From an uncultured Gammaproteobacteria bacterium (GTDB lineage: Bacteria > Patescibacteriota > Patescibacteriia > Patescibacteriales > UBA12465): a DNA stretch of 63,268 nucleotides. The stretch's first letter is position 1, and each line of letters starts with the position of its first letter. Shown here one piece after another: positions 31,507 through 41,090 of this stretch. The stretch covers positions 1 to 63,268 of the forward strand of contig CAYOKE010000001.1 of the NCBI GenBank assembly GCA_964404515.1, in the 5' to 3' direction. Made by a program: the position numbers and the translations under genes. Under the pieces are notes generated by a model. That model was given only the letters and a program-made list of their open reading frames with translations. It was not told where the DNA came from and searched no databases.

Positions 31507-34500
31507 TTAATGGTTAATACACTGGCCATTGAAACAGATCTGACCTGGACAGCAATATTCAGCGCCGCATTGATTCGCAGGCTTATTATTACTGCAGAAT
31601 TTATTAGACGCTGGACCACAACAAGTCTGATTCGTATTACAGCAGAGTCCGCCGCAGCAAGTTTCAGTCTCTGCCTTGCAACAAGTGTTGTTATTCGGAT
31701 TCTGCGCCTGACAGACATCAAAATTAATGGGAGCGGAAGGTTCGCCGCAACGGCAAGTATTCCTGGCATAGCACAAACCTTCCAAGCAAACCTCCCCGGT
31801 TTGGCAAGCACAGCCGGTCGTCCCGCCGCAAACCTGACAACCGTTTGGCCCATTACAATTCGTCGTATCAGCTACGCATTCTCCGTTATTATTACAAATC
31901 GGGGTGCTGCCAGAACAAATACAATCATTGGGGCAACTCTGGCAATTCTCGCCGATATTGGCTTGGCAATTTCCGTTACCACAGGAATTTTGGGTCGTAT
32001 CGCCCACACATTCCCCGCTGTCATTACAATCCTGCCCATCTGGGCACAGGCCGCAGGTGCCGCCACAGCCATCAGGGCCGCACTGCTTACCGTCGCAGTT
32101 AGAAGTACAGGTGACGTTAGTCTGAGCGCAATCGTTAGGGCAATTACCCTCCGTTTCGATCACTCCCTGACATATGGTGTCGCCGCAATATCCGCCGCCG
32201 CTTGAGACTGCCTTGAAAATACAATAATTATCAGAAACAATCGGATTCGGTGTGTCTACACCGGGTCCAGTAATGCAACCATATTGTACTTCCGGGCTGC
32301 TATCCGCTGGATTGTCAGTCACTCCGCTATTACCATCACAATCTTCATAACCGTCATTATAGATGCCGCCTCGCCCCTCGCCGTTAGGGGACTGCTTCTG
32401 ACCGTCGCCACAAAAGTCACTTACCTTGAGAGTGAAACTGCGCGTCGTGGAAGCGCCGTATTCATTGGTAGCTTTGATGGAGATGGGAGTGCCGGTCGAA
32501 GAAGCCGTCGGAGTGCCTTTTAGATAGACATGACTAATCACTTCGCCGACCGCACCAGCCGCTCGAGGCTTATAGACGTCGGATAAAGAACGGAAGACGC
32601 CAGCCCAGAAAGAGAGGGAACGCAACGGCCGAGAATTCAAGGTTTGATTTGTGTTATTCGGATCCGTCTGGGTTTCGGAAATTTGGATGCTGAGTCCGGC
32701 CGGCAAGGTGCCGCTGGAATAGCTAAGCGTATGGCTGTCTTGCCCGGTCTGGCCTAAATAACAGGAATAATCTCTATTGAGCCGGGCGGAAGTCGGGCAA
32801 TTGAAATCAAGCTGGGGATTTTCCGGCCGCAAACGGATCCTGAATTTTTTAGTAGAAGAAGAATTGAAGCTATCGGTCACCTTGATGTTATAGATGAAAT
32901 CCGTATCCGAAGGGAATTTATGACTAGCCGGACTGGTCGGGATTGTCCCCTGAAAATTGACCTGATAGCGGTTAATGCCGATTGAACTGAAAGTCTTCGT
33001 TAGAAAAGAACCGGCCAAAAGATCAAACGGGCCGCTGATCTGAGTCAGGGAATAGGCGGCGCTGGGATTACTTATGTTCTTCCCGGAAAAATTGAAGCTG
33101 TAGCCGAAAGGGGTGCCTGGATTAAGTATATATTCGCCGTCTGCAGCCTCGATAAAGAGAGTCGAATTAGTTATTTGGATAGGAGTCGAGGTTGTCAAAA
33201 CCCCGCCCTGTCCGTCAGAGACGGTCAAGGTGGCGTTATAGGTCCCAGCTGGACCGGCTTTCTGGGCATAGATCTTCTTCTGATTCTGGCTATTGGTGTC
33301 TTTGAGCGTCGGCGGCCGGTTATTAGCATTATTATTCTTCCAACCAGTCCAATTAGTCCCATTGGTATTCAAACTCCAAGTTAGGGTATTGCCTTCTTGA
33401 TCAACGACTTTCACGAAACCGTTGAATTCCTGGCCAGCTTCTCCGGTCAATGACTTATCCACGAGGATTGGCGCCGTATTCGAAGCTTGGCCGCTAAAAA
33501 TGATTCCGGTCGCTGTCACGCAATTGGAACTATTCGGGTCATCTTGGTCAAAATGGTAATCCAGCGAAGATTCCCGGCTTTCCATCACTGCACATAAACT
33601 ATAATTTGAACCGTTTGTGTCAGTCTTATAGACCATGGCATAGCTACCGAACGGCAACATCAAGTAGCCCGGTGTCGGATCATAGACGAAACGCTTAGCT
33701 TCTTTATTCCAGCAAGTCTTGAAATCATAGCCCGCGCAATAGCCCAGGCGATTTATCGGATCAGAGAAACTCTTAGCAACCGCCAAGTCGGATAATAGAT
33801 TGTCCGTCCAGCTTGGCCAAACGGAAACCGTATGGTTAGCCAGATAAGAACCAGCTGCCAGCAAGGGGTAGCGACCATTAGCACTCTTGAACGAGAAAAG
33901 AGCTTCCTTAAGTTCGGCCAACTTGCCAAGCCGCTTCAGATCGCGAGTAATCTTGGCTTTCACGCTATTACAAAAGAAATTATTCGGGCAGTCGGAATCC
34001 GTCAAACAATTCTTCGGATTCTTCAAGAGGCAGGAGCTGGAAGCGACCGTTGACGTAGCACAAACCTGACCGCTGCCGCAATCGGAATCGCTATTGCAAC
34101 TTACAGAGGAGATGGCGCAAGTCGGAGACGGGTTGGTATTTTCTCGGAGATTAGTATTGAACTTCCAATGGGAAACGAGTTGGCCGAGGATATCGGCTGT
34201 CTTAGCAGCTGAATCCTGGTTATATGATATCAGATAGATATTGGTATATATCTTATCGTCTTCAGGGTCGACGTTAGCGGCATTAACATAGACTGTCCGG
34301 CCATCCCGAACCGCCTCATAGCCATCGACGGTGAGGGTCTGCGGCGAACCAATAAATCCTTGACTCTCATACCAACGATGAATGCTGTAATGGTTGGGGT
34401 TAGGTAGGACCCGGACGCCGATAGCGTCATTTGCCGTTTCGGCCCGGGTGACGGAAAAGCCGATAACTATAAAAAATACAACCAATATGCATGAGATTGA

Positions 34501-34527
34501 GACCAAAAACTGTTTATTTTTTTTCAT
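31507..34527 (-). CDS. Giant secreted cysteine-rich protein (about 1006 aa) with a pilin-like globular domain, Ig-like domains and a C-terminal cysteine-knot-like repeat array
   Basis: I prefer the start MKKNKQFLVSISCILVVFFIVIGFSVTRAETA (signal peptide, ATG at 34525-34527); the ORF track extends to 34587. Pseudopilin-like segment TRDLKRLGKLAELKEALFSFKSANGRYP. He_PIG-like Ig motif (LPAGLSI, YLKGTPTASSTGTPISIKATNEYG). CGDG...EDCDG and repeated CGxGxCxxxxExCxxCPNDC modules. The last ~300 aa contain roughly 70 Cys. Confidence 0.8.
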   Translation of the reverse strand: MKKNKQFLVSISCILVVFFIVIGFSVTRAETANDAIGVRVLPNPNHYSIHRWYESQGFIGSPQTLTVDGYEAVRDGRTVYVNAANVDPEDDKIYTNIYLISYNQDSAAKTADILGQLVSHWKFNTNLRENTNPSPTCAISSVSCNSDSDCGSGQVCATSTVASSSCLLKNPKNCLTDSDCPNNFFCNSVKAKITRDLKRLGKLAELKEALFSFKSANGRYPLLAAGSYLANHTVSVWPSWTDNLLSDLAVAKSFSDPINRLGYCAGYDFKTCWNKEAKRFVYDPTPGYLMLPFGSYAMVYKTDTNGSNYSLCAVMESRESSLDYHFDQDDPNSSNCVTATGIIFSGQASNTAPILVDKSLTGEAGQEFNGFVKVVDQEGNTLTWSLNTNGTNWTGWKNNNANNRPPTLKDTNSQNQKKIYAQKAGPAGTYNATLTVSDGQGGVLTTSTPIQITNSTLFIEAADGEYILNPGTPFGYSFNFSGKNISNPSAAYSLTQISGPFDLLAGSFLTKTFSSIGINRYQVNFQGTIPTSPASHKFPSDTDFIYNIKVTDSFNSSSTKKFRIRLRPENPQLDFNCPTSARLNRDYSCYLGQTGQDSHTLSYSSGTLPAGLSIQISETQTDPNNTNQTLNSRPLRSLSFWAGVFRSLSDVYKPRAAGAVGEVISHVYLKGTPTASSTGTPISIKATNEYGASTTRSFTLKVSDFCGDGQKQSPNGEGRGGIYNDGYEDCDGNSGVTDNPADSSPEVQYGCITGPGVDTPNPIVSDNYCIFKAVSSGGGYCGDTICQGVIETEGNCPNDCAQTNVTCTSNCDGKQCGPDGCGGTCGLCPDGQDCNDSGECVGDTTQNSCGNGNCQANIGENCQSCPNDCICSGSTPICNNNGECVADTTNCNGPNGCQVCGGTTGCACQTGEVCLEGLCYARNTCRCGEPSAPINFDVCQAQNPNNNTCCKAETETCCGGLCCNTNQTCCGPASNKFCSNNKPANQCGAEYCCPGQICFNGQCINH

Positions 34528-37500
34528 ATTTATTAGCATTGGGGATTCGGTCATTGCTTGGGATAGGACTCTCGTTTTTATTAGCATTGGGGATTCGGTA
34601 ATTGCTTGGGATATTGATGATTATCTCGCCACTCTTAGGGCTCTCGTTAGCAGAGGCATCGAGAGCGGTCAGGGAGAAATAGTTATTGCCAAACGGCAAC
34701 TCATCAAATCCTAGGGTCAGGCTGGTTCCTTGGCTAGTCGAATCGAACGACTGACCGTATTGCTTAGAGTTGATACCGTGATACAGACGATAGAATATGG
34801 TGTCGTCGGAATTAGCATCCCAGCTGAACTCGACGGTCGAGGAAGCGATAATCTGTGCCTCGATGCCGGTCGGAGTGGCCGGCGAGGTCTTATCGGTCGG
34901 CTTAGCCGTTTTTTCGTTTGACAGCTGGCTTTCCGTCTTATTAATAGAGACTACCGACACCTTGAAGATATAGGAAATATTGTTAGTCAAATTGTTAATT
35001 GTCGTCTGACAATCATAGACGTTTCCCGTTAGGCTGCAGGCGTCAGCCGGAGTGACTTCCTTGACCGACATCGTGCCTTGACCGGACTTCAGATAGTAAA
35101 CCCTATAACTCCCGACTTGGTCGGAATTGGAACGCCAGTTGACTTGGACTTCGCCGCTAGTCTGTCGATCGGTCGCCGCCGTAATCTCTCCGCCCGGTAA
35201 GACAGCCTCCCGGAAAAAATATGCCTCCTTCAGGACGCTCCAAAGACAGAGGCCATCCGGGTTGCCATTACCATCTTTATCCGGCCCGCAAAGGCTGTTT
35301 AAGGTAGAGCATGGAGTTTTATCAGCACTGCAAATTAATGAGCTACTCTGCCCCCTGATGACCGCTGAATTTATTATCGCTGGTAGATCGTCTAGGGTAT
35401 TAGCATTGCCATAGTCACGGCAATAGTAGAACTTGTAATTATAATTCGCACAGGGGTCGCCACCAACGCCTTGGCAGGTATCTTTCCAGGGCGACCAAGC
35501 TCCGTTGCTGGCTACCGGCGGCCAAGGATTATTGCAGATGAAGACAAAGAGATCGGAAACGGCTGGCAAATCGTTACCAGTCGAATAGACATTGCAGCAG
35601 TTGTTGGAGCAGTTATTGGCGTCACAGACGCAATTCACGCTGCTATCGCAGGAAGTCAGGAAACGCCCCATATCGACAGTCGCTGTTAATTTGGTTTCAC
35701 TATCGGTTACTCCGTTCTGGGCGGTAGCGAAGGTGCGATTCGGCCCCAAACCGTTAATAGACCCGATAGAGACGATGCTGGGGTCGTTCACTTGCCAATC
35801 CCAATCCCAATAATACCCGGTAACCGGCCGGAGGGCCTGGCCATCGGCGCTATAGGCCCAAACGGAGAAAACCTTATCCTTATCAGCTTTCGTATCAAAA
35901 GTCTTGTTATTCACATCCGTATCGTTTTCGTCCAGGGAATTATCCGTTGTCTTGAAGAGATAGGAATCGGGGTTGGTGGCCACATGGTCTATAGCGCAGA
36001 CTCCGCCATTCGGGCCTTGGTCCGACAAGGTAGTAAATTTAATAATCTGGGAATTTTGATAAGATCGGTTATTGAACTTTATCATGCTTCCCGAGACATA
36101 AGAATTAATGGTTTTGTCAAAATAGCCCTTACCATTAAAGCCGATACCAGCCAAACTCAAGATGCCAGACTGGCTATTTAGGTTCTCGTCGCCAAGAACA
36201 ATCATGTAATAATTAGTAGCCGGGGATAATAATTTAATAGGCGCGAATATCAATTTAGTAAAACTACCGTTTTCTTCCCCGCTAATTGACCCAGGGATAG
36301 CGCAATATAACTTTTTCGGATCAGTTATCTTCGCGACCGCTCGATCAGAAAAAATTGTAGTCAATCCGCGCCAGATTGTCTTTATTTTCTGGCTAAGGCG
36401 GGCCAATACCCCTCGATCCTGGGCTGCTAATAATTCCTGCAGTGCCCCGCTATCCGTGATAAAGGTACCGGCCGGGCAGACGCCGTTGCCATAATCGCGT
36501 TCTTCCAGTAACAAGGCATTACTAATGAGGCTAGTGACATCCATATTCTGGGTAAAGCTGACCTGGATAACCGCATTACGGCAGACATCCTCGGCTAAAT
36601 GGGCGGGTGAAGTCGAAGCAATCTCTGGCCGCGCCTGGCAACAGGTATCCGTTCCGCAACCGATGGTTTTTGGATGCCCACAATCTCTATCTTTCTCACA
36701 ACCGCAGCACAACCCGCGGCCAGCGCCGCTGCAATTACCTCGATCCGCCTGGCAATACAAAGTCGGCGTTTCCTGCGTGAAACAAGAATCCGGTTTCTGG
36801 CCTGGCTGGCAACAGCATGCTCCGCAATCTGGGTAAAAACCTAACGTGCCCGTAGCAGTCAAGCAGCTGAACTTCCCCAGGTTGCAAACACTAAGATTAC
36901 AGCTGGAAGTAGCTGTCCTACTGCTGCAATCCAGGCCGGCGCCGCCTTCTTCATTCGCACAACGGAAGGCACAGGTCGAAGTACTAATAAAGCGGCCGGT
37001 CGTCGTCGCGTTTAAATCACACAATTTAGGATCATCTTCACGGCAATCGTAATAAGCGCAATAGCCGGCGTTCGATCCGTTTTCAATCTTAGCACCGCTC
37101 TTACAAGTGTTGGTATTCTTGTCGAAACAGCAGACAGTTTCTGCCGAACAAGCGGTCTGGTTGCCATTGAAAGTAGAACAATAATCACCACCCGGGTTAT
37201 TGGCGCAACCGGTCGTGCATTCGTCTATACCACCATATAACCCTAACTTCAAGGGGGTAGAGGTAGCGCATAGTGTCAAATCAGCGCCCTGGCAGTCATA
37301 ATAAGCACAGTAGCCATAATCAGTGGAGTTATTTTGGTTATTGCTGACTAGGCGGCCATCGCCGCCGCGACAGATATCGTCAGTAGTAGTAGCGGTATGT
37401 TTGGCGTCGATGCAGCAGACTGAACTATGGCCGGCACAATTGTCAAAACTAGTCAGATTAGAACAATCCGTGCAAATCCCTTCAGGATGAGCATCGCTGA

Positions 37501-40500
37501 TATCGCAATATTTACCACTATGACCGGTGCAGTTACAGGCGGCATCATGCGCTTCTTGACTAGTTCCCACCAAACCACAGCCGGAACAATTGCCATAAGT
37601 ATTGCTGGAATTAGAATAGCCAGCCGGGCAAGTCGTAACCGGGATGGAAGGATATTTGATAATAACTATCCCTGGTTGTGCTCCGTTACCAGTCTTTTCG
37701 GTCTGGCCGCTCGCGCCACCGCCCGGATTATTATAGCCCGCGCCGCCGCTGCCAGGAATAACAGAAGAGTTTCCTCCTCCGCCGCCGCCATAAGCAATGC
37801 TAGTACCAGTAATATCAGAATAAGTTCCATCGCCGCCGTTACCCCCTCTATCGTTGCTCCGGGCATCAAAGCCTTTCTGGCTATCTCCGCCACCGCCGCC
37901 GGAGGCAAAACCATTATTTTTATACCTTATGCCGCCAGCTTTACCTGAACCACTCATGCCGCCAGTGCCCGGTGAGACCGCCTTTTTGCCTCCAAAGGCA
38001 GTAACCGATTGGAATGAAGAATTGCGGCCGTCAGTATTAAAAGGCCAAATTTTACTTTTGCTTACACCACCACTACCGACGACAACCGGAATGTTGCCAA
38101 CCTGGATCGTCATTGATTTCTCTATTACTTCGCCGCCGCCACCGCCCGCATCATAGACTCCGTTGGATTCTCTGCCGCCCGCGCCGCCACCGCCCGCGCC
38201 GCCACCGCCGCCGACCACCAAGACATCCGCATTTACCGGGGCAGTCACCTTCAACACGCCGGAATTTCGGAAAGTATGTATGCAATTACCACCAATTTCA
38301 GCTACAATCCCGCCCGTTGCCGAGCAGCTGGGATTGATGCAATTCCCCGCGCCATCGCAGCAAATGCCAACGCTACCATTGCTTCCGGCCAAGTCCGAAC
38401 CGCAACGCCCGGTGCATTTCAAGCCGGCGCAACAATCTTCTTGATCATGGCCAATACGGCAACAGCAGTCGCAAGATGGTTCAACCTCGACGATACATTT
38501 ATCACCAACGCATTTGGCGCCAGTCTGCGCACAAAGCTTATCGGACACGCAGTAGCCAAGAGAATTAATCTCTGCACAGGTAAAATCGCCAGAACATATA
38601 TCGCAGTGGGAATTATTTTCGACACAACGGTCATTAGGCATCCTAGTCCAGCCAGTCGGACAGGATCCATTAATCGTTATCTCCCACTGACTATTACTAT
38701 TGCAAACTTTCTGGACTGAATATTCCCCGAGGTTGATTGTCTCGGGCAAATCGCAGTTACCGTTCACACATTTATCAATCGCCTGGTTATAGGTGCAGGA
38801 CGAAATTGTACAACCCGGGACTGTCTGACAGGTAGAATCGCAATTTCCGACTATTTTATCGTACTTCTGAGAAGCCGAAGAGCAGGCACCAGGGCTATTG
38901 GGGCATAGCGCGCCCTGATAGCAGGAACCGAGATATTTAGACATGCCGGCGCAGCTTAAAAAATTGGTGCTCGTGCCGAAGCCGGTGCTGAAACTCCATT
39001 CAAAGACCGAGGTCGGCACGTCGATGAAGCAATCTTCTAGGGTGTCGACGCAACGGCCGTGTTTATAGGTAGCAGCCGGGCAGCAGACTTGCGTACCGCA
39101 ATCAGCATCGGCCGTACAGCTGCCGACTTCGAAATTTAATTCATTGCCCCATTCATTATCTTTTACCACTCGGACCGGACCGGAGATTGCTCCGGCCGGC
39201 ACAACCGTCTTAGTTTGGTCAGCTCGGCCATCCTTAGCAATCGTCCCGGTTGCCGACTGTTCATAATTAAATTTGATTAAGCCTTCTTCTCCGACCTTAC
39301 CGAAATATTCCCCCCAAAGAGTAACCGGGGTCGCAATCGGACCACGGACGGGATTAATCTTGCAGAGACTAGTCTTCAAGGCCAGGTTCTTATCGGCCTG
39401 AAAAGTATTAGGATTCAGCTTCTGCGTATCGATCGCGACCGGCCCCAAGTTGATCTTAATCACATACTTCCCGTCGGCCAAGCCGGCCGGGACCTTGACA
39501 ACAATCTGATTGTTCTTCCAGACTGAATTCAAACAAATTTCCGGAAAATCATAAGCGGCTTCTGTGTCGCCGAAGTAGACATGAGAAGAGCCGCGCGTAT
39601 TGCCGAAACCGTTGCCCGTGATAGTCACATATTGGCCGGCACTTCCTTTGGTCGGGCTGAATGAGAAGATATATGGGCTTTCGCCCGGTTCCTGATCTTT
39701 GGTGAATTTCAAATAATTACTTTTTTCTTTATTGCCGCTGATATTATTAACGACAAAGCTACTGGAATCTCCGGACTTGATATTAGGCGTAGTCGAAGTG
39801 CCAGACAAGCCGGAGGGAGTATTAAATTGCGAATCCAGGCCGCGAACGTTGCTCTCATAATTCCCAAAGTAAGCGTCGCTCGAATAAAGATTAACGCCCT
39901 GATAGCCGATTTCGGAGTTTAGAACCCCTCGGTTCGGGTCGATATAACATAAGCCGGGGCGTACGATGGAGTTTGCCTCAAAATCATCAATCTTCGGGCC
40001 ATAATCATCATCGGTCTGATCGCTCAGGTTATCTTTATTGACCACTTTCAACGGCCCGGTCGTTATATCGCTCGGGACAGCGATGACAATCTGAGTATTG
40101 GTCCAGGAGCTAATACAGGCCGGGTTCAGTTCCTTAGGGTCTCTTCCTAATTGGGAATTGCTGCCCGAGCCGACAAACACCACTTGACTGCTGGTTGGCG
40201 AATATTCTCCAAAATTCTTACCGAAAATCGTAATTAGATTATCCGTCGCACCATTAGGCGCAGAAAAATTACAGGCCGTCTGGCAGTCGCTATCCTTAGT
40301 ACAAGATTTATCCGTATTTTCCTGGCAAAAGCCGCCGACCGGGCTGACTTCCGTAATAACCGGCAAACCGAAACAAGTACAAGTACCAGAATCACAGGTC
40401 AAGTATTTAGCGCAGCGGCTGTCATCCGGTTCACAAGTCTCGCTAGAAGAACTACATGGATCGCCGATTTCGCCTAGTGGTTTGCAACCGCAGTCTTCCC

Positions 40501-41074
40501 TGTCACAATAATCAGTATCGTCGCACATCTGCAGCACGGCTTGGCAACCAGACAATTCGTTACCATCGCAACTAGTCTGGCCACAATTGGTGCAGCCGCC
40601 GCAATCCGAACCTTCGCAAGAACCCCAGGAACCGCCTAAGCAAGTCATGACACCATAACAACCGCAAGATTTAGTCTCACCGTCGATGCAGCCATTGCCG
40701 CCATTTATCGCGTTCCCTAATTTATCAAAGATGAAGATGGTAATCGCCCAAGCCGACAGAATAATTACTAAGCCAATAACACCGTTCCTGAGTTGCATCT
40801 TAGCCTTAGCTATCTTATCCTCATCGCCGCCGGAAAGCATCCATGAATATCCACTCCAGAGGATGATTACTATAGCAACCAAGCCCAAGACTCCGAGAAA
40901 GACATTGATTATCCGTCCGACTACGGTCCGAACATCGGTCGTCGTTAGAGAATTAGCCAGGCCGTTATTCACTGCTTCGGTTCCAAAATCCTGGGCTAAG
41001 GCTAAGCGCGCCAAAAACAGGCCGCCGAGAAGGAGGCTAAAAACAACCAAGTACTTGATGATTCTTTTGGACAC
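34514..41074 (-). CDS. Giant (2186 aa) surface protein: VirB2/TrbC-like pilin hairpin, then Cys-rich modules, 3 IPT/TIG-like domains, a glycine-rich domain, an Ig-like domain and 2 FN3-like domains
   Basis: GTG start. aa 1-122: signal peptide (ALAQ/D) plus two TM helices separated by SGGDEDKIAKAK. IPT-like: PVITEVSP...ITIFGKNFG, PYIFSFSPTKGSAGQYVTITGNGFG, INPVRGPIATPVTLWGEYFG. Gly-rich: VLVVGGGGGAGGGGAGG...GIVIIKYP (aa ~926-1142). C-terminal FN3-like: GEVQVNWRSNSDQVGSYRVYY and PTGIEAQIIASSTVEFSWDANSDDTIFYRLYHG. Well over 100 Cys. Confidence 0.85.
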   Translation of the reverse strand: MSKRIIKYLVVFSLLLGGLFLARLALAQDFGTEAVNNGLANSLTTTDVRTVVGRIINVFLGVLGLVAIVIILWSGYSWMLSGGDEDKIAKAKMQLRNGVIGLVIILSAWAITIFIFDKLGNAINGGNGCIDGETKSCGCYGVMTCLGGSWGSCEGSDCGGCTNCGQTSCDGNELSGCQAVLQMCDDTDYCDREDCGCKPLGEIGDPCSSSSETCEPDDSRCAKYLTCDSGTCTCFGLPVITEVSPVGGFCQENTDKSCTKDSDCQTACNFSAPNGATDNLITIFGKNFGEYSPTSSQVVFVGSGSNSQLGRDPKELNPACISSWTNTQIVIAVPSDITTGPLKVVNKDNLSDQTDDDYGPKIDDFEANSIVRPGLCYIDPNRGVLNSEIGYQGVNLYSSDAYFGNYESNVRGLDSQFNTPSGLSGTSTTPNIKSGDSSSFVVNNISGNKEKSNYLKFTKDQEPGESPYIFSFSPTKGSAGQYVTITGNGFGNTRGSSHVYFGDTEAAYDFPEICLNSVWKNNQIVVKVPAGLADGKYVIKINLGPVAIDTQKLNPNTFQADKNLALKTSLCKINPVRGPIATPVTLWGEYFGKVGEEGLIKFNYEQSATGTIAKDGRADQTKTVVPAGAISGPVRVVKDNEWGNELNFEVGSCTADADCGTQVCCPAATYKHGRCVDTLEDCFIDVPTSVFEWSFSTGFGTSTNFLSCAGMSKYLGSCYQGALCPNSPGACSSASQKYDKIVGNCDSTCQTVPGCTISSCTYNQAIDKCVNGNCDLPETINLGEYSVQKVCNSNSQWEITINGSCPTGWTRMPNDRCVENNSHCDICSGDFTCAEINSLGYCVSDKLCAQTGAKCVGDKCIVEVEPSCDCCCRIGHDQEDCCAGLKCTGRCGSDLAGSNGSVGICCDGAGNCINPSCSATGGIVAEIGGNCIHTFRNSGVLKVTAPVNADVLVVGGGGGAGGGGAGGRESNGVYDAGGGGGEVIEKSMTIQVGNIPVVVGSGGVSKSKIWPFNTDGRNSSFQSVTAFGGKKAVSPGTGGMSGSGKAGGIRYKNNGFASGGGGGDSQKGFDARSNDRGGNGGDGTYSDITGTSIAYGGGGGGNSSVIPGSGGAGYNNPGGGASGQTEKTGNGAQPGIVIIKYPSIPVTTCPAGYSNSSNTYGNCSGCGLVGTSQEAHDAACNCTGHSGKYCDISDAHPEGICTDCSNLTSFDNCAGHSSVCCIDAKHTATTTDDICRGGDGRLVSNNQNNSTDYGYCAYYDCQGADLTLCATSTPLKLGLYGGIDECTTGCANNPGGDYCSTFNGNQTACSAETVCCFDKNTNTCKSGAKIENGSNAGYCAYYDCREDDPKLCDLNATTTGRFISTSTCAFRCANEEGGAGLDCSSRTATSSCNLSVCNLGKFSCLTATGTLGFYPDCGACCCQPGQKPDSCFTQETPTLYCQADRGNCSGAGRGLCCGCEKDRDCGHPKTIGCGTDTCCQARPEIASTSPAHLAEDVCRNAVIQVSFTQNMDVTSLISNALLLEERDYGNGVCPAGTFITDSGALQELLAAQDRGVLARLSQKIKTIWRGLTTIFSDRAVAKITDPKKLYCAIPGSISGEENGSFTKLIFAPIKLLSPATNYYMIVLGDENLNSQSGILSLAGIGFNGKGYFDKTINSYVSGSMIKFNNRSYQNSQIIKFTTLSDQGPNGGVCAIDHVATNPDSYLFKTTDNSLDENDTDVNNKTFDTKADKDKVFSVWAYSADGQALRPVTGYYWDWDWQVNDPSIVSIGSINGLGPNRTFATAQNGVTDSETKLTATVDMGRFLTSCDSSVNCVCDANNCSNNCCNVYSTGNDLPAVSDLFVFICNNPWPPVASNGAWSPWKDTCQGVGGDPCANYNYKFYYCRDYGNANTLDDLPAIINSAVIRGQSSSLICSADKTPCSTLNSLCGPDKDGNGNPDGLCLWSVLKEAYFFREAVLPGGEITAATDRQTSGEVQVNWRSNSDQVGSYRVYYLKSGQGTMSVKEVTPADACSLTGNVYDCQTTINNLTNNISYIFKVSVVSINKTESQLSNEKTAKPTDKTSPATPTGIEAQIIASSTVEFSWDANSDDTIFYRLYHGINSKQYGQSFDSTSQGTSLTLGFDELPFGNNYFSLTALDASANESPKSGEIIINIPSNYRIPNANKNESPIPSNDRIPNANKYEKK
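34529..34613. repeat. 37-nt direct repeat in two copies with a 48-nt period, at the 3' end of the 2186-aa gene and 5' leader of the next gene
   Basis: 34529-34565 versus 34577-34613 are identical at 36/37 positions. On the minus strand they encode the duplicated peptide PSN(Y/D)RIPNANK. Confidence 0.9.
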
Positions 41075-41090
41075 AAAAAATCAAGATTAA

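Noticed and set aside
31477-32205. 242-aa plus-strand ORF and nested ORFs
   Set aside because: They are antisense to the Cys-rich C-terminus of the ~1006-aa gene. Their open frames come from biased TGY/GGN codon composition.
34529-34613. A CRISPR-like or minisatellite array
   Set aside because: There are only two copies, they lie inside coding sequence, and no cas genes are present.
37427-38444. Several plus-strand ORFs with Pro/Ala-rich translations (for example PPPPAPPPPPTT)
   Set aside because: They are the reverse-complement shadow of the Gly-rich (GGN codon) domain of the 2186-aa minus-strand gene.
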